Source: Clostridia bacterium
GTDB taxonomy: Bacteria; Bacillota; Clostridia; Oscillospirales; CAG-272
Reading direction: 5' to 3'
DNA: 64,000 bases
NCBI GenBank assembly: GCA_017463865.1
Contig: JAFTOI010000019.1
Location: forward strand, 10,117 to 74,116
The notes below the pieces were generated by a model. It did not search any database, was not told where the DNA came from, and saw only the letters and a list, made by a program, of their open reading frames with translations. Position numbers and translations under genes: made by a program. The number at the start of each line of letters is the position of its first letter. Position 1 is the first letter of the stretch. This document shows, one piece after another, positions 37,959-47,687 of the stretch.

Positions 37959-38939
37959 TTATTTCCAAAGATCATCCTGTGGTGCGGGAACAGGCTCACG
38001 GTTCTTCATCACGCCAAGCCAGATGATGCCGATGCAGAGCACCATTGTGACGCCGAGTCCGCCCTCAAGGCCAAACTGTCCGCCGGCCAAAATTGTACGC
38101 TCGCCGATATGCTCCATAGTGAAGATTGAACCTCCGACATCAAGGCCGCTGACTGTGCTGCCCCAGACGTTGCCCTGGACATAGTTCCACGCGCTGTGCA
38201 TGGCGGCGATGCCCCAGACATTGCCGCACCGGATCAGCCAGAGCGCGGCGAAAACGCCGTAGAGGAAGAGATTGAGCAGCGCAAGCAGGGTCAGGCCGCC
38301 GTTCGCGCCATGCAGAAGGGCAAAGGCGGCGGAGCTGATGACCACCGCCCACTGCATTTTCGTGCGGCGGGCAAGCGAGATGCAGAAATAGCTGCGGCAA
38401 AGCAATTCCTCGCTCAGCCCCTGGATGCTGAAGGCGATGAACATGAGGATCAGCATGCCCCATGGAATCTCGGGGGAAAAACCTGTAATGCGGATATCAC
38501 CGGCCAGCAAGCCGGGCAGCATCGACAGCGAGACCATGCCCGCACCGATCAGCCAGCCGACGGCATATTCGGCGACGGCGCCCCGTCTGATGATGCCCAT
38601 CGTCCAGAGCTGGCGCTTCTCAAGAAAGCGGCAGTAGAGGATGGTGCCTGCTACCACGACCGAGGTGGCGAAAAGATTGAGCAGCGTGTACCACGGCGGC
38701 AGCATGGACATGATTTCGGCGGTGCCGGGAACTTCACCGGCCATCACAGCTTCGATGAACCCGCTGCTGAAGATGGCTGCAAAGGTCGGCGCGATGAGAA
38801 GTGCAGTCTGCACCATGGAGCAGACCGCGAAGACAGCGCAGAAGATCAGGCACTCGAGCGCCGGGTGGTGTGCCCTGCTCTGTGCTGCGGCCCCCTGCAC
38901 CATAGCCGAACGTGCGGGGAATTCGCGCATGCGGATCAC
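37959..38939 (-). CDS. CPBP-family intramembrane glutamic endopeptidase (CAAX protease/Abi family)
   Basis: Polytopic, with motifs SEELLCRSYF, FALLHGAN and HSAWNY. Confidence 0.8.
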   Translation of the reverse strand: MIRMREFPARSAMVQGAAAQSRAHHPALECLIFCAVFAVCSMVQTALLIAPTFAAIFSSGFIEAVMAGEVPGTAEIMSMLPPWYTLLNLFATSVVVAGTILYCRFLEKRQLWTMGIIRRGAVAEYAVGWLIGAGMVSLSMLPGLLAGDIRITGFSPEIPWGMLILMFIAFSIQGLSEELLCRSYFCISLARRTKMQWAVVISSAAFALLHGANGGLTLLALLNLFLYGVFAALWLIRCGNVWGIAAMHSAWNYVQGNVWGSTVSGLDVGGSIFTMEHIGERTILAGGQFGLEGGLGVTMVLCIGIIWLGVMKNREPVPAPQDDLWK

Positions 38940-38945
38940 CTCCGA

Positions 38946-39680
38946 TTATTCTTCGTCGGCGTTCTCCCAGTTGTGGAAGACATTCTGGACATCCTCGTTG
39001 TCGTCAAGGTGCTCGAGGAGCAGATTCATGTGCTTGATGTCGTCCTCGCTCTCGAGGGTGACGTAGGTCGAGGGGATCTTGTCCTCCTCGGCAGACTCGA
39101 TGGCGTAGCCTTTGGCCTCGAGTGCGTCGCGGATGGCCGACAGATCGGAGGGCTCGGTGTAAATCTCAAAGACTTCCTCGTCGGCGACAAAATCCTCGGC
39201 GCCTTCCTCAAGTGCGGCCTCCATCAGCGCATCCTCGTCGATCTTGTCGTCGCGAAGGATGATGATGACACCCTTGGTCGAGAAGAGATAGCTGACGCAG
39301 CCGGTCTGGCCGAGGTTGCCGCCAAACTTATCGAAGTAGTGGCGCAGCTCGGAGGCGGTGCGGTTGCGGTTGTCGGTGGTGGTCTCAACGATGACGGCGA
39401 CGCCCTGCGGGCCGTAGCCTTCGTAGGTCAGCTCTTCGTAGTTGACATCGTTCTCACCCATGGCCTTCTTGATGGTGCGCTCGATGTTGTCGTTGGGGAC
39501 GTTGTTGCTCTTCGCCTTCTGAATCAGGTCGCGCAGGCGGGAGTTGACGCTCGGGTCGGGGCCGGCGGCCTTGACGGCGATGGTGATCTCCTTACCGATC
39601 TTGGTGAAGACCTTGGCGCGCTGGGCGTCGGTCTTTTCTTTTTTGTGCTTGATGTTGTTCCATTTGCTATGGCCGGACAT
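38946..39680 (-). CDS. yebC: YebC/PmpR-family DNA-binding transcriptional regulator
   Basis: The MSGHSKWNNIKHKK... N-terminus is diagnostic. 244 aa. Confidence 0.9.
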   Translation of the reverse strand: MSGHSKWNNIKHKKEKTDAQRAKVFTKIGKEITIAVKAAGPDPSVNSRLRDLIQKAKSNNVPNDNIERTIKKAMGENDVNYEELTYEGYGPQGVAVIVETTTDNRNRTASELRHYFDKFGGNLGQTGCVSYLFSTKGVIIILRDDKIDEDALMEAALEEGAEDFVADEEVFEIYTEPSDLSAIRDALEAKGYAIESAEEDKIPSTYVTLESEDDIKHMNLLLEHLDDNEDVQNVFHNWENADEE

Positions 39681-39702
39681 ATTGATACCTCGTGTATATA
39701 AA

Positions 39703-41412
39703 TTAAATTTTTTCAGTTTTCTTCATGCAGACAAGGCCGAAGGCGTTGCCGAGCACAATGCCGGTCGCCTCGGCGAGGCGGACGCGGGTAGCGCGGATCT
39801 GCTCGTCCTCGGCAGTGAGGATGGGGCAGTTGTGATAGAATCGGTTGAAGGCAGCGCAGACCTCGAGGATATAGCGCACGATGTAGGAGGGCTCGTACTC
39901 CTCAAGGGCGGCCATGACGCGCTCGTTGAAGCGGGCGAGTGTCTTGAGCAGGTCTGCCTCCTCGGGAGCGGTGATGGTGTAGTCATCGCGGGTGATCTCG
40001 CCTGCCTTCTCGAGGATCGAGCAGGTGCGGGCGTAGGTGTACTGCGCGTAGGGGCCGGTGTTGCCCTCAAAGCTCAGAGCATCCTCGAGGATGAAGTTGA
40101 TATCGCGGTTGCGGTTGTTGGAGAGATAGTTGAAGACGATGGCACCGACGCCGACAGCCTCGGCGACTTCGTCCTTGTTGGGAAGATCGGGGTTCTTTTC
40201 ATCCATGATGACCTTGACCTTGTCGATCGCCATGGCGAAGAGATCCTTGAGCAGGACGACATTGCCGGTACGGGTAGCCAGCTTCGCACCGTTGATGGAA
40301 ACGGTGCCGTAGGGGACGTGAATGAGGTTCTTCGCCCAGTCGCAGCCCATCAGCTCGATAACCTTGAAGCACTGCGCAAAGTGCAGGCTCTGGCCGGCCG
40401 CGGTGACGTAGATGCACTTGTCGAAATTGTAGGTCTTCTTGCGGTAGAAGGCGGCGGCAATGTCGCGCACCGGGTAGATGGTGGAGCCGTCGCGCTTCAG
40501 AATGAGACAGGGCGGCATGTTGTACTCGTCGAGATTAACGATGGACGCGCCGTCGTCGATGGTAAGCAGGCCCTTCTCCTTCAGCTCGGCGGCGATGGCG
40601 GGCGCCTTGTCGAAGTAGTGGCTTTCGCCCATGTAGGAATCGAACTCGATGCCCAGCTGGCCGTAGGTGATCTTGTACTCCTTGAGGGAGATGTCGAGGA
40701 ACCACTGCCACAGGGCGAGGTTTTCAGGATCCTTGTGCTCGAGCTTGGTGAACTCAGCGCGCGCCTCGTCCTCGAGGGAGGAATCCTTCTCAGCCTCCTC
40801 ATGGAACTTGACGTAGAGCGCCACCAGCTCGTCGATGCCGCCGGCCTCGATCTGCTCGCGGTCGCCCCACTTGCGGTAGGCGACGATCATCTTACCGAAC
40901 TGGGTGCCCCAGTCTCCGAGGTGGTTGACACCGGTGCAGTGATAGCCGGCGAACTCGTGCAGGCACTTCAGCGAATGGCCGATGACGGTAGTGCCGAGGT
41001 GGCCGATGTGGAAGGGCTTAGCGACATTGGGGGAGGAGTAGTCGAGAACGACCTCCTTGCCCCGTCCGATATCGGAGGAGCCGTACGTTTCGCGCTCGCT
41101 GAGCACGCGGCGCAGGACATTGTCCCCCAGCCATGCGGCGTCAAGATAGAGATTGAAGTAACCGTTGACCGCCTCAGCGCGTGCGACGCCGCCGCAGGCA
41201 AAGCCGTCGGCGATGGCGGCCGCGATCTGGACGGGGGAGCGGCGCATGGTCTTGCTGAGCTTGAAGCAAGGCAGCGCAAGGTCGCCCATCTTGGGGTCGG
41301 GGGGATATTCAAGCATGGCCGCGATATCCGCAGCCGCAGGCGCGCCGTCAGGATTGAGCGTGCGGAGCTTGTCGGCGCACTGTTCGGCGATGGTCAGTTT
41401 CAGCGTTTGCAT
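39703..41412 (-). CDS. argS: Arginine--tRNA ligase
   Basis: 569 aa with a class I HIGH motif (SSPNVAKPFHIGHL) and a C-terminal DALR anticodon-binding domain. Confidence 0.95.
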   Translation of the reverse strand: MQTLKLTIAEQCADKLRTLNPDGAPAAADIAAMLEYPPDPKMGDLALPCFKLSKTMRRSPVQIAAAIADGFACGGVARAEAVNGYFNLYLDAAWLGDNVLRRVLSERETYGSSDIGRGKEVVLDYSSPNVAKPFHIGHLGTTVIGHSLKCLHEFAGYHCTGVNHLGDWGTQFGKMIVAYRKWGDREQIEAGGIDELVALYVKFHEEAEKDSSLEDEARAEFTKLEHKDPENLALWQWFLDISLKEYKITYGQLGIEFDSYMGESHYFDKAPAIAAELKEKGLLTIDDGASIVNLDEYNMPPCLILKRDGSTIYPVRDIAAAFYRKKTYNFDKCIYVTAAGQSLHFAQCFKVIELMGCDWAKNLIHVPYGTVSINGAKLATRTGNVVLLKDLFAMAIDKVKVIMDEKNPDLPNKDEVAEAVGVGAIVFNYLSNNRNRDINFILEDALSFEGNTGPYAQYTYARTCSILEKAGEITRDDYTITAPEEADLLKTLARFNERVMAALEEYEPSYIVRYILEVCAAFNRFYHNCPILTAEDEQIRATRVRLAEATGIVLGNAFGLVCMKKTEKI

Positions 41413-41463
41413 ATACGACTTCCTTTTCGTTCAAAGATTCACTGTAATTTTTGCATACAGTAT

Positions 41464-41493
41464 ATTATACATGATAAGACGGGGTATGCGCAA
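41464..41493 (-). promoter_or_regulatory. Probable sigma-A promoter of argS
   Basis: On the minus strand: TTGCGC (41493-41488), 18 nt, then TATAAT (41469-41464). The leader is only about 50 nt, so no T-box fits. Confidence 0.4.
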
Positions 41494-41516
41494 GAGGTTT
41501 GACGAAATTTGCGCAA

Positions 41517-41660
41517 TTATTTCCGGCGCTTGCCCATCAGCACCACGACAACGACCAGCGCGATGCAGACAACGGCGCCAACGATCAGGATGGTCTGGCT
41601 GTTGTCGCCGGTGGCAGGGGTGGCGAGGATGGTCTGGGCGGCTTGGGTGAGCTGTTCCAT
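41517..41660 (-). CDS. Unannotated 47-aa small membrane protein (sorting-signal-like or tail-anchor-like)
   Basis: Hand translation: MEQLTQAAQTILATPATGDNSQTILIVGAVVCIALVVVVVLMGKRRK, ending in a TAA stop. An AAAGGAAA SD lies upstream. Codons are GC3-rich like the neighbours. It is below the 60-aa cutoff of the ORF track. Confidence 0.45.
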   Translation of the reverse strand: MEQLTQAAQTILATPATGDNSQTILIVGAVVCIALVVVVVLMGKRRK

Positions 41661-41676
41661 GTTTCGTTTCCTTTCT

Positions 41677-42162
41677 TTATTTGACGGTCAGGTCGGCGGT
41701 CTTGGCGCCGGTGAAGCGAAGGATGTCGGCAGAGCTCAGCAGAAGCTGACAGCCGCGCATGCCGGCGCTGACGGTGATCTTTTCGTGGTCGGTGACGGTC
41801 TCGTGGAACCAGGTCGGGAAGCGCTTTTTCATTCCGACCGGCGAGCAGCCGCCGCGGATGTAGCCTGTGAGGGCCAGCAGGTCCTTGACGGCGACCATCT
41901 CGATCTTTTTGTTGCCGGTGACGACGGCGGCGCGCTTGAGGTCGATCTCCTCGGCGCAGGGGATGACGAGGACGATGGGGCCGGTCTTGTCCCCTTTCGC
42001 CACGAGAGTCTTGAAAACGATCTTGACCGGCAGGCCGATCTGCGCGGCGATGTGAACGCCCGAGAGATCGGACTCGTCCACCTCGTAGGTCATGGGTTCA
42101 TATTTGATCTTCGCCGCGTCAAGTTGACGCATGGCGTTGGTTTTGTTCAGTTTTTCGCTCAT
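41677..42162 (-). CDS. ybaK: Cys-tRNA(Pro)/Cys-tRNA(Cys) deacylase YbaK
   Basis: 161 aa with the YbaK/EbsC fold. Motifs KTLV, GYIRGGCSP, and the sequence ending ...ITVSAG. Confidence 0.85.
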   Translation of the reverse strand: MSEKLNKTNAMRQLDAAKIKYEPMTYEVDESDLSGVHIAAQIGLPVKIVFKTLVAKGDKTGPIVLVIPCAEEIDLKRAAVVTGNKKIEMVAVKDLLALTGYIRGGCSPVGMKKRFPTWFHETVTDHEKITVSAGMRGCQLLLSSADILRFTGAKTADLTVK

Positions 42163-43889
42163 TCTGTGGGTTCATCTTCTTTCTGATTGAGGGAATCCAT
42201 GGTCGGGCGGTCGTGCAGAAGCTCGGCTGCAGCTTCGCGCTGGACGTCGGTGATCTCGATGCCGCCCATGATACGGGCAAGCTCGCCGATCCTTCCCTGT
42301 TCGTCCAGCTCGGTCACGGCCGTCTCGACACGGCCGTTCCGCTCGTGCTTGGCGATGAGGCAGTGCGCGTCGGCCATCGACGCGACCTGCGCTGAGTGGG
42401 TGACGCAGAGCACCTGCGTCCCGCGGGCGACATCCGAGAGGAGCAGACCGATCTTGCGGGCGGTCTTGCCCGAGATGCCAGTGTCGATCTCGTCGAAGAC
42501 GATCGTCCCGACGCCGTCGCGGTCGGCCAGCACCCGTTTGAGCGCCAGCAGGATGCGCGACAGCTCACCGCCCGAAGCGATCTTCGCCATCGGCAGGAGC
42601 GGCTCGCCGGGATTGGCGGCCAGCATGAACTCGACGTCATCTGCGCCGTCGGCGGCAAACCTCGGCCGGCCGTCGGCCTCCTGCATCGGTGTGACCGAGG
42701 CGGCAAAGCGCACTTTCGGCATGTCGAGGAAGGAGAGCGTGGTCAGCACCTGCTCGCGCAGGCGCTCGGCGGCCTCCATGCGGCGTGCGCGAAGCGCGTC
42801 TGCGGCGTCTGCGGCCTTCCCTTCCAGCGCGGCGATCTCACGGCGGAGCGTCTCGGCGCGCTCGTCGGAATCATTGAGCGTTTCGAGCTCCGCCGCGGCT
42901 TTGGCGCGGAAGGCAAGGATCTCACGCTCGTCGGCGCCGTATTTGCGTTTGAGCCTGGTCAGCGCGTCGAGGCGGCCCTCGATGCGGTTAAGGCGCTCGG
43001 TCGGGTCGCCGTCCTCGTCGACGTCGAAATCCATGACCCGGTCGGCCACGTCGGCGACCTCATAGCGGCAGTTATCCAGCCGCTCGGCCAGCTCGTCGGC
43101 TTCGGGGATGACGTCGGCGATCTGCCGCAGTGCCTGCGCCGACCGCTCGAGCAGCATGACAGCCGAGCCCTTCTCGGCCTGGCTGAGGTAGCGGGCGGCG
43201 AGGCTGGTATTGCGGGAGATTTTCTCGAGATTCTGCAGCCGGGCGGCCTTGCGGGTCAGCTTGTCCTCCTCGCCGACCTTGGGCTTGACAGCGTCAATGT
43301 CGGCGATCTGGTAGGCGAGCATCTCGGCGCGGCGGGTCTTCTCGGCGGCGTCGAGCGAGATGGCGTCGAGCGCTTTCCGCGCGGCCTGTAGGGCGGCGTA
43401 GCTCTGTCGGTAGGCGGCCAACTCGTCGGTGCAGCCGGCATAGGCATCGAGGAGGGCGAGGTGGGAAGACTTCTGCAGCAGAGCCTGTCCCTCGTGCTGG
43501 CCGTTGATGCAGAGGAGCACCCGGGCGATCTCGCGCTGGAGGGCAAGAGTGATGCTCTGGCCGTTGAGGCGGGTCTGGCTGCGGCCGTCGGTGGTGACCG
43601 TCTTCTGCAGAAGCAGGCCGCCTTCCTCATCAGGCAACACACCGAGGGCGGCGAGGGTATCCAGTGCGCGCTGATCAAGGCCGCAGAAGAGGCCGGAGAC
43701 GGTCGCGCGGGTCTCGCCGGTGCGGATCAGCTCGCGCGAGAAGCGCCCTCCCAGCAGCAGGTTGATGCTGTCGAGGATGACCGACTTGCCCGCGCCCGTT
43801 TCGCCGGTCAGCACCGTAAAGCCGGGGGCAAGGTCGAGGTCAAGGCTGCGGATGACCGCAACATTTTCGATGTGCAGCGATGCGAGCAT
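42159..43889 (-). CDS. recN: DNA repair protein RecN
   Basis: 576 aa with an N-terminal Walker A GETGAGKS, a coiled-coil middle, and a C-terminal signature ASGGELSR plus a Walker B motif VFDEIDTG. Confidence 0.95.
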   Translation of the reverse strand: MLASLHIENVAVIRSLDLDLAPGFTVLTGETGAGKSVILDSINLLLGGRFSRELIRTGETRATVSGLFCGLDQRALDTLAALGVLPDEEGGLLLQKTVTTDGRSQTRLNGQSITLALQREIARVLLCINGQHEGQALLQKSSHLALLDAYAGCTDELAAYRQSYAALQAARKALDAISLDAAEKTRRAEMLAYQIADIDAVKPKVGEEDKLTRKAARLQNLEKISRNTSLAARYLSQAEKGSAVMLLERSAQALRQIADVIPEADELAERLDNCRYEVADVADRVMDFDVDEDGDPTERLNRIEGRLDALTRLKRKYGADEREILAFRAKAAAELETLNDSDERAETLRREIAALEGKAADAADALRARRMEAAERLREQVLTTLSFLDMPKVRFAASVTPMQEADGRPRFAADGADDVEFMLAANPGEPLLPMAKIASGGELSRILLALKRVLADRDGVGTIVFDEIDTGISGKTARKIGLLLSDVARGTQVLCVTHSAQVASMADAHCLIAKHERNGRVETAVTELDEQGRIGELARIMGGIEITDVQREAAAELLHDRPTMDSLNQKEDEPTE

Positions 43890-43902
43890 CGTCTCTCCCT
43901 CC

Positions 43903-44358
43903 TTACATCAGTTGGATCATCATTTTCAGGTTCTCGCAGGTCTTTTCCGCCGCCTCCGCGTCACGGACGACGACGATGATGGTGTCGTCACCGGCCACAC
44001 TGCCAAGGATATCGCTCGAATAGATCGAGTCGATGCCGGTCGCGACGGCGTTGGCCATGCCGGCCGCCGTTTTGACAACCACGATATTCCCTGCGCAGTC
44101 GACGCGTGTGATCGAATCGACCAGCGCCGCATTGAAGCGATTGTTGACGCTCCCCTCGGCCATGGGGGGACGGATGTATTTATACGTGCCATGTCCGGTC
44201 ATGACCTTGGACAGCTTCAGCTCGCGGATGTCGCGGGAAATGGTCGCCTGGGTGGCGGGATAGCCTGCCGCCTGCAGTCGCTCGATGAGGTTGTCCTGCG
44301 TTTCGATATCGTACTGGTCGATCAGTTCCAGGATCTTGTCCTGCCGCCGATTTTTCAT
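43903..44358 (-). CDS. argR: Arginine repressor
   Basis: 151 aa with an N-terminal wHTH (QATISRDIRELKL) and a C-terminal GDDT oligomerisation/arginine-binding motif. Confidence 0.9.
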   Translation of the reverse strand: MKNRRQDKILELIDQYDIETQDNLIERLQAAGYPATQATISRDIRELKLSKVMTGHGTYKYIRPPMAEGSVNNRFNAALVDSITRVDCAGNIVVVKTAAGMANAVATGIDSIYSSDILGSVAGDDTIIVVVRDAEAAEKTCENLKMMIQLM

Positions 44359-44376
44359 TCGGTATCCTCGCTTTCG

Positions 44377-45264
44377 TCAGTCATGTCCGCCATTGAATTT
44401 CTGGCGAAGGGTCATGTAGAAGCTGCGGTCCTTGACGCGCAGCAGCTTGGTGGTCATGTCGGCCCGCGCCACGCGGACGACATCGTTCCGGCGCAGCTCA
44501 TAATTGATGCGGCCGTCGATGGTCAGATAGAGCATCTTCTCGCGCTCGCAGATGTTCTTGGCCTCCAGCACCGCGTCGTCGGGGAAAATGATCGGGCGGG
44601 CGGCGAGACTGTGCGGACAGATGGGGGTCAGGCAGATACAGCGCTGGCGGGGATCGACGATCGGCCCGCCGGCCGACATGGAGTAGGCGGTCGAGCCGGT
44701 GGGGGTCGAGAAGATCAGCCCGTCGGCGCGGTAGGTGGAGAGAATGGTGCCCTCCTCGCGCAGCTCAAGGTCGACCAGACGCGCCACCGCGCCGTTGGTG
44801 ATCACGGCGTCGTTAAGGGCGAAGGCCGAAGCGATGACCTCCTTGCCGCCGCGCAGAAGCTCGACTTTGAGCATGCTGCGCTCGTCAACGTGGTACTGCC
44901 CGCGCACGATCTTGTCAAGCAGATGGAGCTCGTTGATCTCGATCTCGGCCATGTAGCCGAGGCGGCCAAGGTTGATGCCGACAATCGGCACGCCCTCGGG
45001 CGCGGCCATGCGGGCGGCCTCGAGAATGGTGCCGTCGCCGCCGAGGACGATCAGCAGGTCGGTCCCCCGGCAGAGCATCGACGAGGGCACGAAGCGGACA
45101 CCGCGCCGGTTGCGCAGAAGGCGCTGCACCCGCTCGCGGGTCTGTCCCGCCAGGGCGATCTCGCATCCCAGCTTCTGCAGATGCTCGATGACCGAAACGG
45201 CACAGCTGGCCTTTTCGCTGATATTAAAATTTGTCTGGAGCGCAATCCTTTTCATGGAATTCAT
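44377..45264 (-). CDS. nadK: NAD(+) kinase
   Basis: LGGDGT motif (VLGGDGTIL), the NDAV region and GSTAYS. Confidence 0.9.
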   Translation of the reverse strand: MNSMKRIALQTNFNISEKASCAVSVIEHLQKLGCEIALAGQTRERVQRLLRNRRGVRFVPSSMLCRGTDLLIVLGGDGTILEAARMAAPEGVPIVGINLGRLGYMAEIEINELHLLDKIVRGQYHVDERSMLKVELLRGGKEVIASAFALNDAVITNGAVARLVDLELREEGTILSTYRADGLIFSTPTGSTAYSMSAGGPIVDPRQRCICLTPICPHSLAARPIIFPDDAVLEAKNICEREKMLYLTIDGRINYELRRNDVVRVARADMTTKLLRVKDRSFYMTLRQKFNGGHD

Positions 45265-45285
45265 CGTCTTGCGGCTGTCCTTTCG

Positions 45286-46074
45286 TCAGAGGGTAGTCCC
45301 GGCCAGCGTGCGGCGGATGTCCGCGCTGTCGGGGGAAATGCAGGGGGCTTGGGTGCGGGTGAAGCAGGCAAGGTACTCGTGATTGCCGTCCCCGCCGTCG
45401 ATGGGGGAGCGGATCAGCCCATCCCAGCGCAAGCCATGCTCGGCGGCACATCCAAGCACCCGCAGAATAGCGGCCAGCCGGTCCGCCTCGCGGCGGACAA
45501 GACCGCCCCGGCCGATGGCTTCGCGGCCTGCCTCGAACTGGGGCTTGATGAGGGTCACTGCGCGGCCCGAATCGGCCAGGATCTGCGCGAGTCCCGGGAG
45601 AATGTAGGTCTGCGAGATGAACGAAACGTCCATTACGGCGATATCATAGGGGGGCTGCAGCGGCGCATCGCCGAGTGCGCGGGCGTTGCAGTGCTCGAGG
45701 CAGAGCACCCGCGGATCGGCGCGCAGCGATTCGTGCAGCTGGCCCTCGCCGGCGTCGAGCGCAGTCACATGGGCCGCGCCGCGTCTCAGCAGGACGTCGG
45801 TAAAGCCGCCGGTGGAGGCGCCGATGTCAATGGCGCGCAGACCGGTGACGTCGATGGGGAAAGCGTCGAGCGCCCCGGCAAGCTTCAGCCCGCCGCGGCT
45901 GACATAGGGCATGGGATCGCGCACCTCGACGGTGTGCTCCCCCTCCCCGACCTGCTCCGCCGGGCGGCGGAGCGGCTTGCCGTCGAGGATGATCTTCCCC
46001 TCGGCAATAGCGGCCTGCGCCATACTGCGGGAGCGAAAATAGCCGGCCTCGACGAGCCAGAGATCGGCGCGCAT
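45286..46074 (-). CDS. tlyA: TlyA-family 23S/16S rRNA (cytidine-2'-O)-methyltransferase
   Basis: The start MRADLWLVEAGYFRSRSMAQ (S4 domain) is at 46074, giving a TGATG overlap with the upstream stop. FtsJ-like SAM motif DIGASTGGFTD. Confidence 0.85.
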   Translation of the reverse strand: MRADLWLVEAGYFRSRSMAQAAIAEGKIILDGKPLRRPAEQVGEGEHTVEVRDPMPYVSRGGLKLAGALDAFPIDVTGLRAIDIGASTGGFTDVLLRRGAAHVTALDAGEGQLHESLRADPRVLCLEHCNARALGDAPLQPPYDIAVMDVSFISQTYILPGLAQILADSGRAVTLIKPQFEAGREAIGRGGLVRREADRLAAILRVLGCAAEHGLRWDGLIRSPIDGGDGNHEYLACFTRTQAPCISPDSADIRRTLAGTTL

Positions 46075-46532
46075 CAGTGGAAGAGGGGCCACATGGCCAG
46101 CGCGATCGCAACACCGAGCAATGCACCCATGACGACCTGGAAGGGGGTATGGCCGACCAGCTCCTTGAGGCCGGTATCGACCGCCTCGGGCTCACCCGAG
46201 AAGATCTCCTGCATCATTTTGTTGATGAGCTTGGCCTGCTCGCCCGTTTCCCAGCGAACACCGGATGCGTCATGCATGACGATAAACGCGAGGATAAGCG
46301 AGATGGCCATTTCAACCGAGCCGAATCCGTATTCCACGGCACAGGCGGTGGTCAGCGCGCAGACGGTCGACGAGTGGGAACTCGGCATACCGCCCGAAGC
46401 AAAGAGCATCTTCAGGTCGAGTTTGCGGGCGTGCACAAGGTTGGTGAACACCTTCAGCACCTGCGCGATGGCCCAGGCGGCACCGGAGGTGAGCAGCGGA
46501 TAGTTCGAGAGAAAGGCTTCAAATGTATACAT
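46074..46532 (-). CDS. Divergent PAP2-family membrane protein (DUF212)
   Basis: 152 aa with GGMPSSHSS and HTPFQV motifs characteristic of the divergent PAP2 family. Confidence 0.8.
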   Translation of the reverse strand: MYTFEAFLSNYPLLTSGAAWAIAQVLKVFTNLVHARKLDLKMLFASGGMPSSHSSTVCALTTACAVEYGFGSVEMAISLILAFIVMHDASGVRWETGEQAKLINKMMQEIFSGEPEAVDTGLKELVGHTPFQVVMGALLGVAIALAMWPLFH

Positions 46533-46544
46533 GCGGTACCTCCG

Positions 46545-47435
46545 TCAGCTCTGGCGCGCCAGCAGATAGTCTGCCAGCTCACACAGGGTCTCGCTGCCGG
46601 GATAGCCGGCGATGGCGGTCTTGGCCTGCTCGGTCAGCGAGGCGGCTCGGTCATGCGCGGCGTCGACCGACATAAAGCTGAGGAAGGTGGTCTTCCCCTG
46701 CTCCTCATCGCTGCCGATGGGCTTGCCCAGAAGGGCCTCCGAGCCAATGCAGTCAAGGATATCGTCCACGATCTGGAAGGCCAGACCGATATTGTCGGCA
46801 TAGGTACAGGCAGCTGCGGTGCGGGCATCGTCTTCGCTCAGCCCGGCGGCAAGGCAGCCGAGGCGGGCGGCGACGTTGATGAGCGCCCCCGTCTTGCAGG
46901 CCTGGAGCTTGCCCAGCTGTTCGATGGTCAGCGGGTGATCCTCGCCCCACAGGTCCATCACTTGGCCCCCGATCATGCCGTGTGTGCCGGCGGAATCGCT
47001 GAGCGCCTTGACGGCGGCAACAGCGGTGGCGGGAGAAACGTGCGGATTGGACGCGGCCACGCCCAGCGAGCGGATGGCAAGCGCGTCGCCGGCCAGCAGG
47101 GCCAGCGCCTCGCCGTAGACGACGTGGTTGGTCGGCTTGCCGCGGCGGAGACTGTCGATATCCCTGCAGGGGAGGTCATCGTGGATGAGTGAGAAGCAGT
47201 GCATCAGCTCGATGGCCGCCGCAAAGGGGAGCGCGGCGCACTCCTCCCCGCCGAATAGGCGGCAGAATTCGAGCACGAGGAATGGGCGGATGCGCTTACC
47301 GCCGCCCAGCACACTGTAGCGCTCGGCCTCGAGGATGCGGCCATAGTCGGGGTCATCGCCGGCCAGCGCCTCGGCAAGGGCAGCTTCGACCGCCTCGGAT
47401 GCATGCTGCATGGCGGACACGAGGGCGGCGGTCAT
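46545..47435 (-). CDS. ispA: Polyprenyl (farnesyl/geranylgeranyl) diphosphate synthase
   Basis: First DDxxD motif SLIHDDLP and second motif FQIVDDILD. Confidence 0.85.
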   Translation of the reverse strand: MTAALVSAMQHASEAVEAALAEALAGDDPDYGRILEAERYSVLGGGKRIRPFLVLEFCRLFGGEECAALPFAAAIELMHCFSLIHDDLPCRDIDSLRRGKPTNHVVYGEALALLAGDALAIRSLGVAASNPHVSPATAVAAVKALSDSAGTHGMIGGQVMDLWGEDHPLTIEQLGKLQACKTGALINVAARLGCLAAGLSEDDARTAAACTYADNIGLAFQIVDDILDCIGSEALLGKPIGSDEEQGKTTFLSFMSVDAAHDRAASLTEQAKTAIAGYPGSETLCELADYLLARQS

Positions 47436-47674
47436 GCCTTGCCTCCGAAGTCAGCCTCAGTCATGCTGCCGTCGGGGGCGGCCTGCAGGATCTTGATCTT
47501 CTGTTCAGCCTCGTCAAGCTGGCGGTTGCAGAGCTTGACCAGCGAGATGCCCTCCTCAAAGAGGGAGAGCGAGCCGTCGAGGGGAGCCTGACCGACCTCG
47601 AGGGCGCGGACGATCTCCTCGAGGCGGGCAAGGGCCTGCTCGAAGCTGGGGGTAGTCTTGTTGGTATCGGACAT
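47432..47674 (-). CDS. xseB: Exodeoxyribonuclease VII small subunit
   Basis: The start [22 protein letters not shown] has an SD GGAGAT. The track ORF is over-extended to 47809. Confidence 0.85.
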   Translation of the reverse strand: MSDTNKTTPSFEQALARLEEIVRALEVGQAPLDGSLSLFEEGISLVKLCNRQLDEAEQKIKILQAAPDGSMTEADFGGKA

Positions 47675-47687
47675 GGTGATCTCCATT

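Noticed and set aside
41413-41516. A possible T-box leader upstream of argS, and a possible purine riboswitch upstream of guaB (12660-12860).
   Set aside because: The predicted promoters leave leaders of only about 50-55 nt. That is far too short for a T-box (about 200 nt or more) or a purine riboswitch, and no specifier, T-box or junction motifs were seen.
43720-46503. A very long (927 aa) plus-strand ORF spans the antisense of recN, argR, nadK, tlyA and the PAP2 gene. Similar long antisense ORFs occur at 30242-32419, 39544-41502, 21424-22845, 15981-17210, 38196-39701, 62380-63585 and 52076-53221.
   Set aside because: These are mirror-frame shadow ORFs, as expected in GC3-rich coding DNA. 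Their translations are low-complexity Ala/Gly/Arg/Asp/Val-rich with no recognisable motifs or RBS. They cross several independent genes on the other strand, each of which has clear family signatures.
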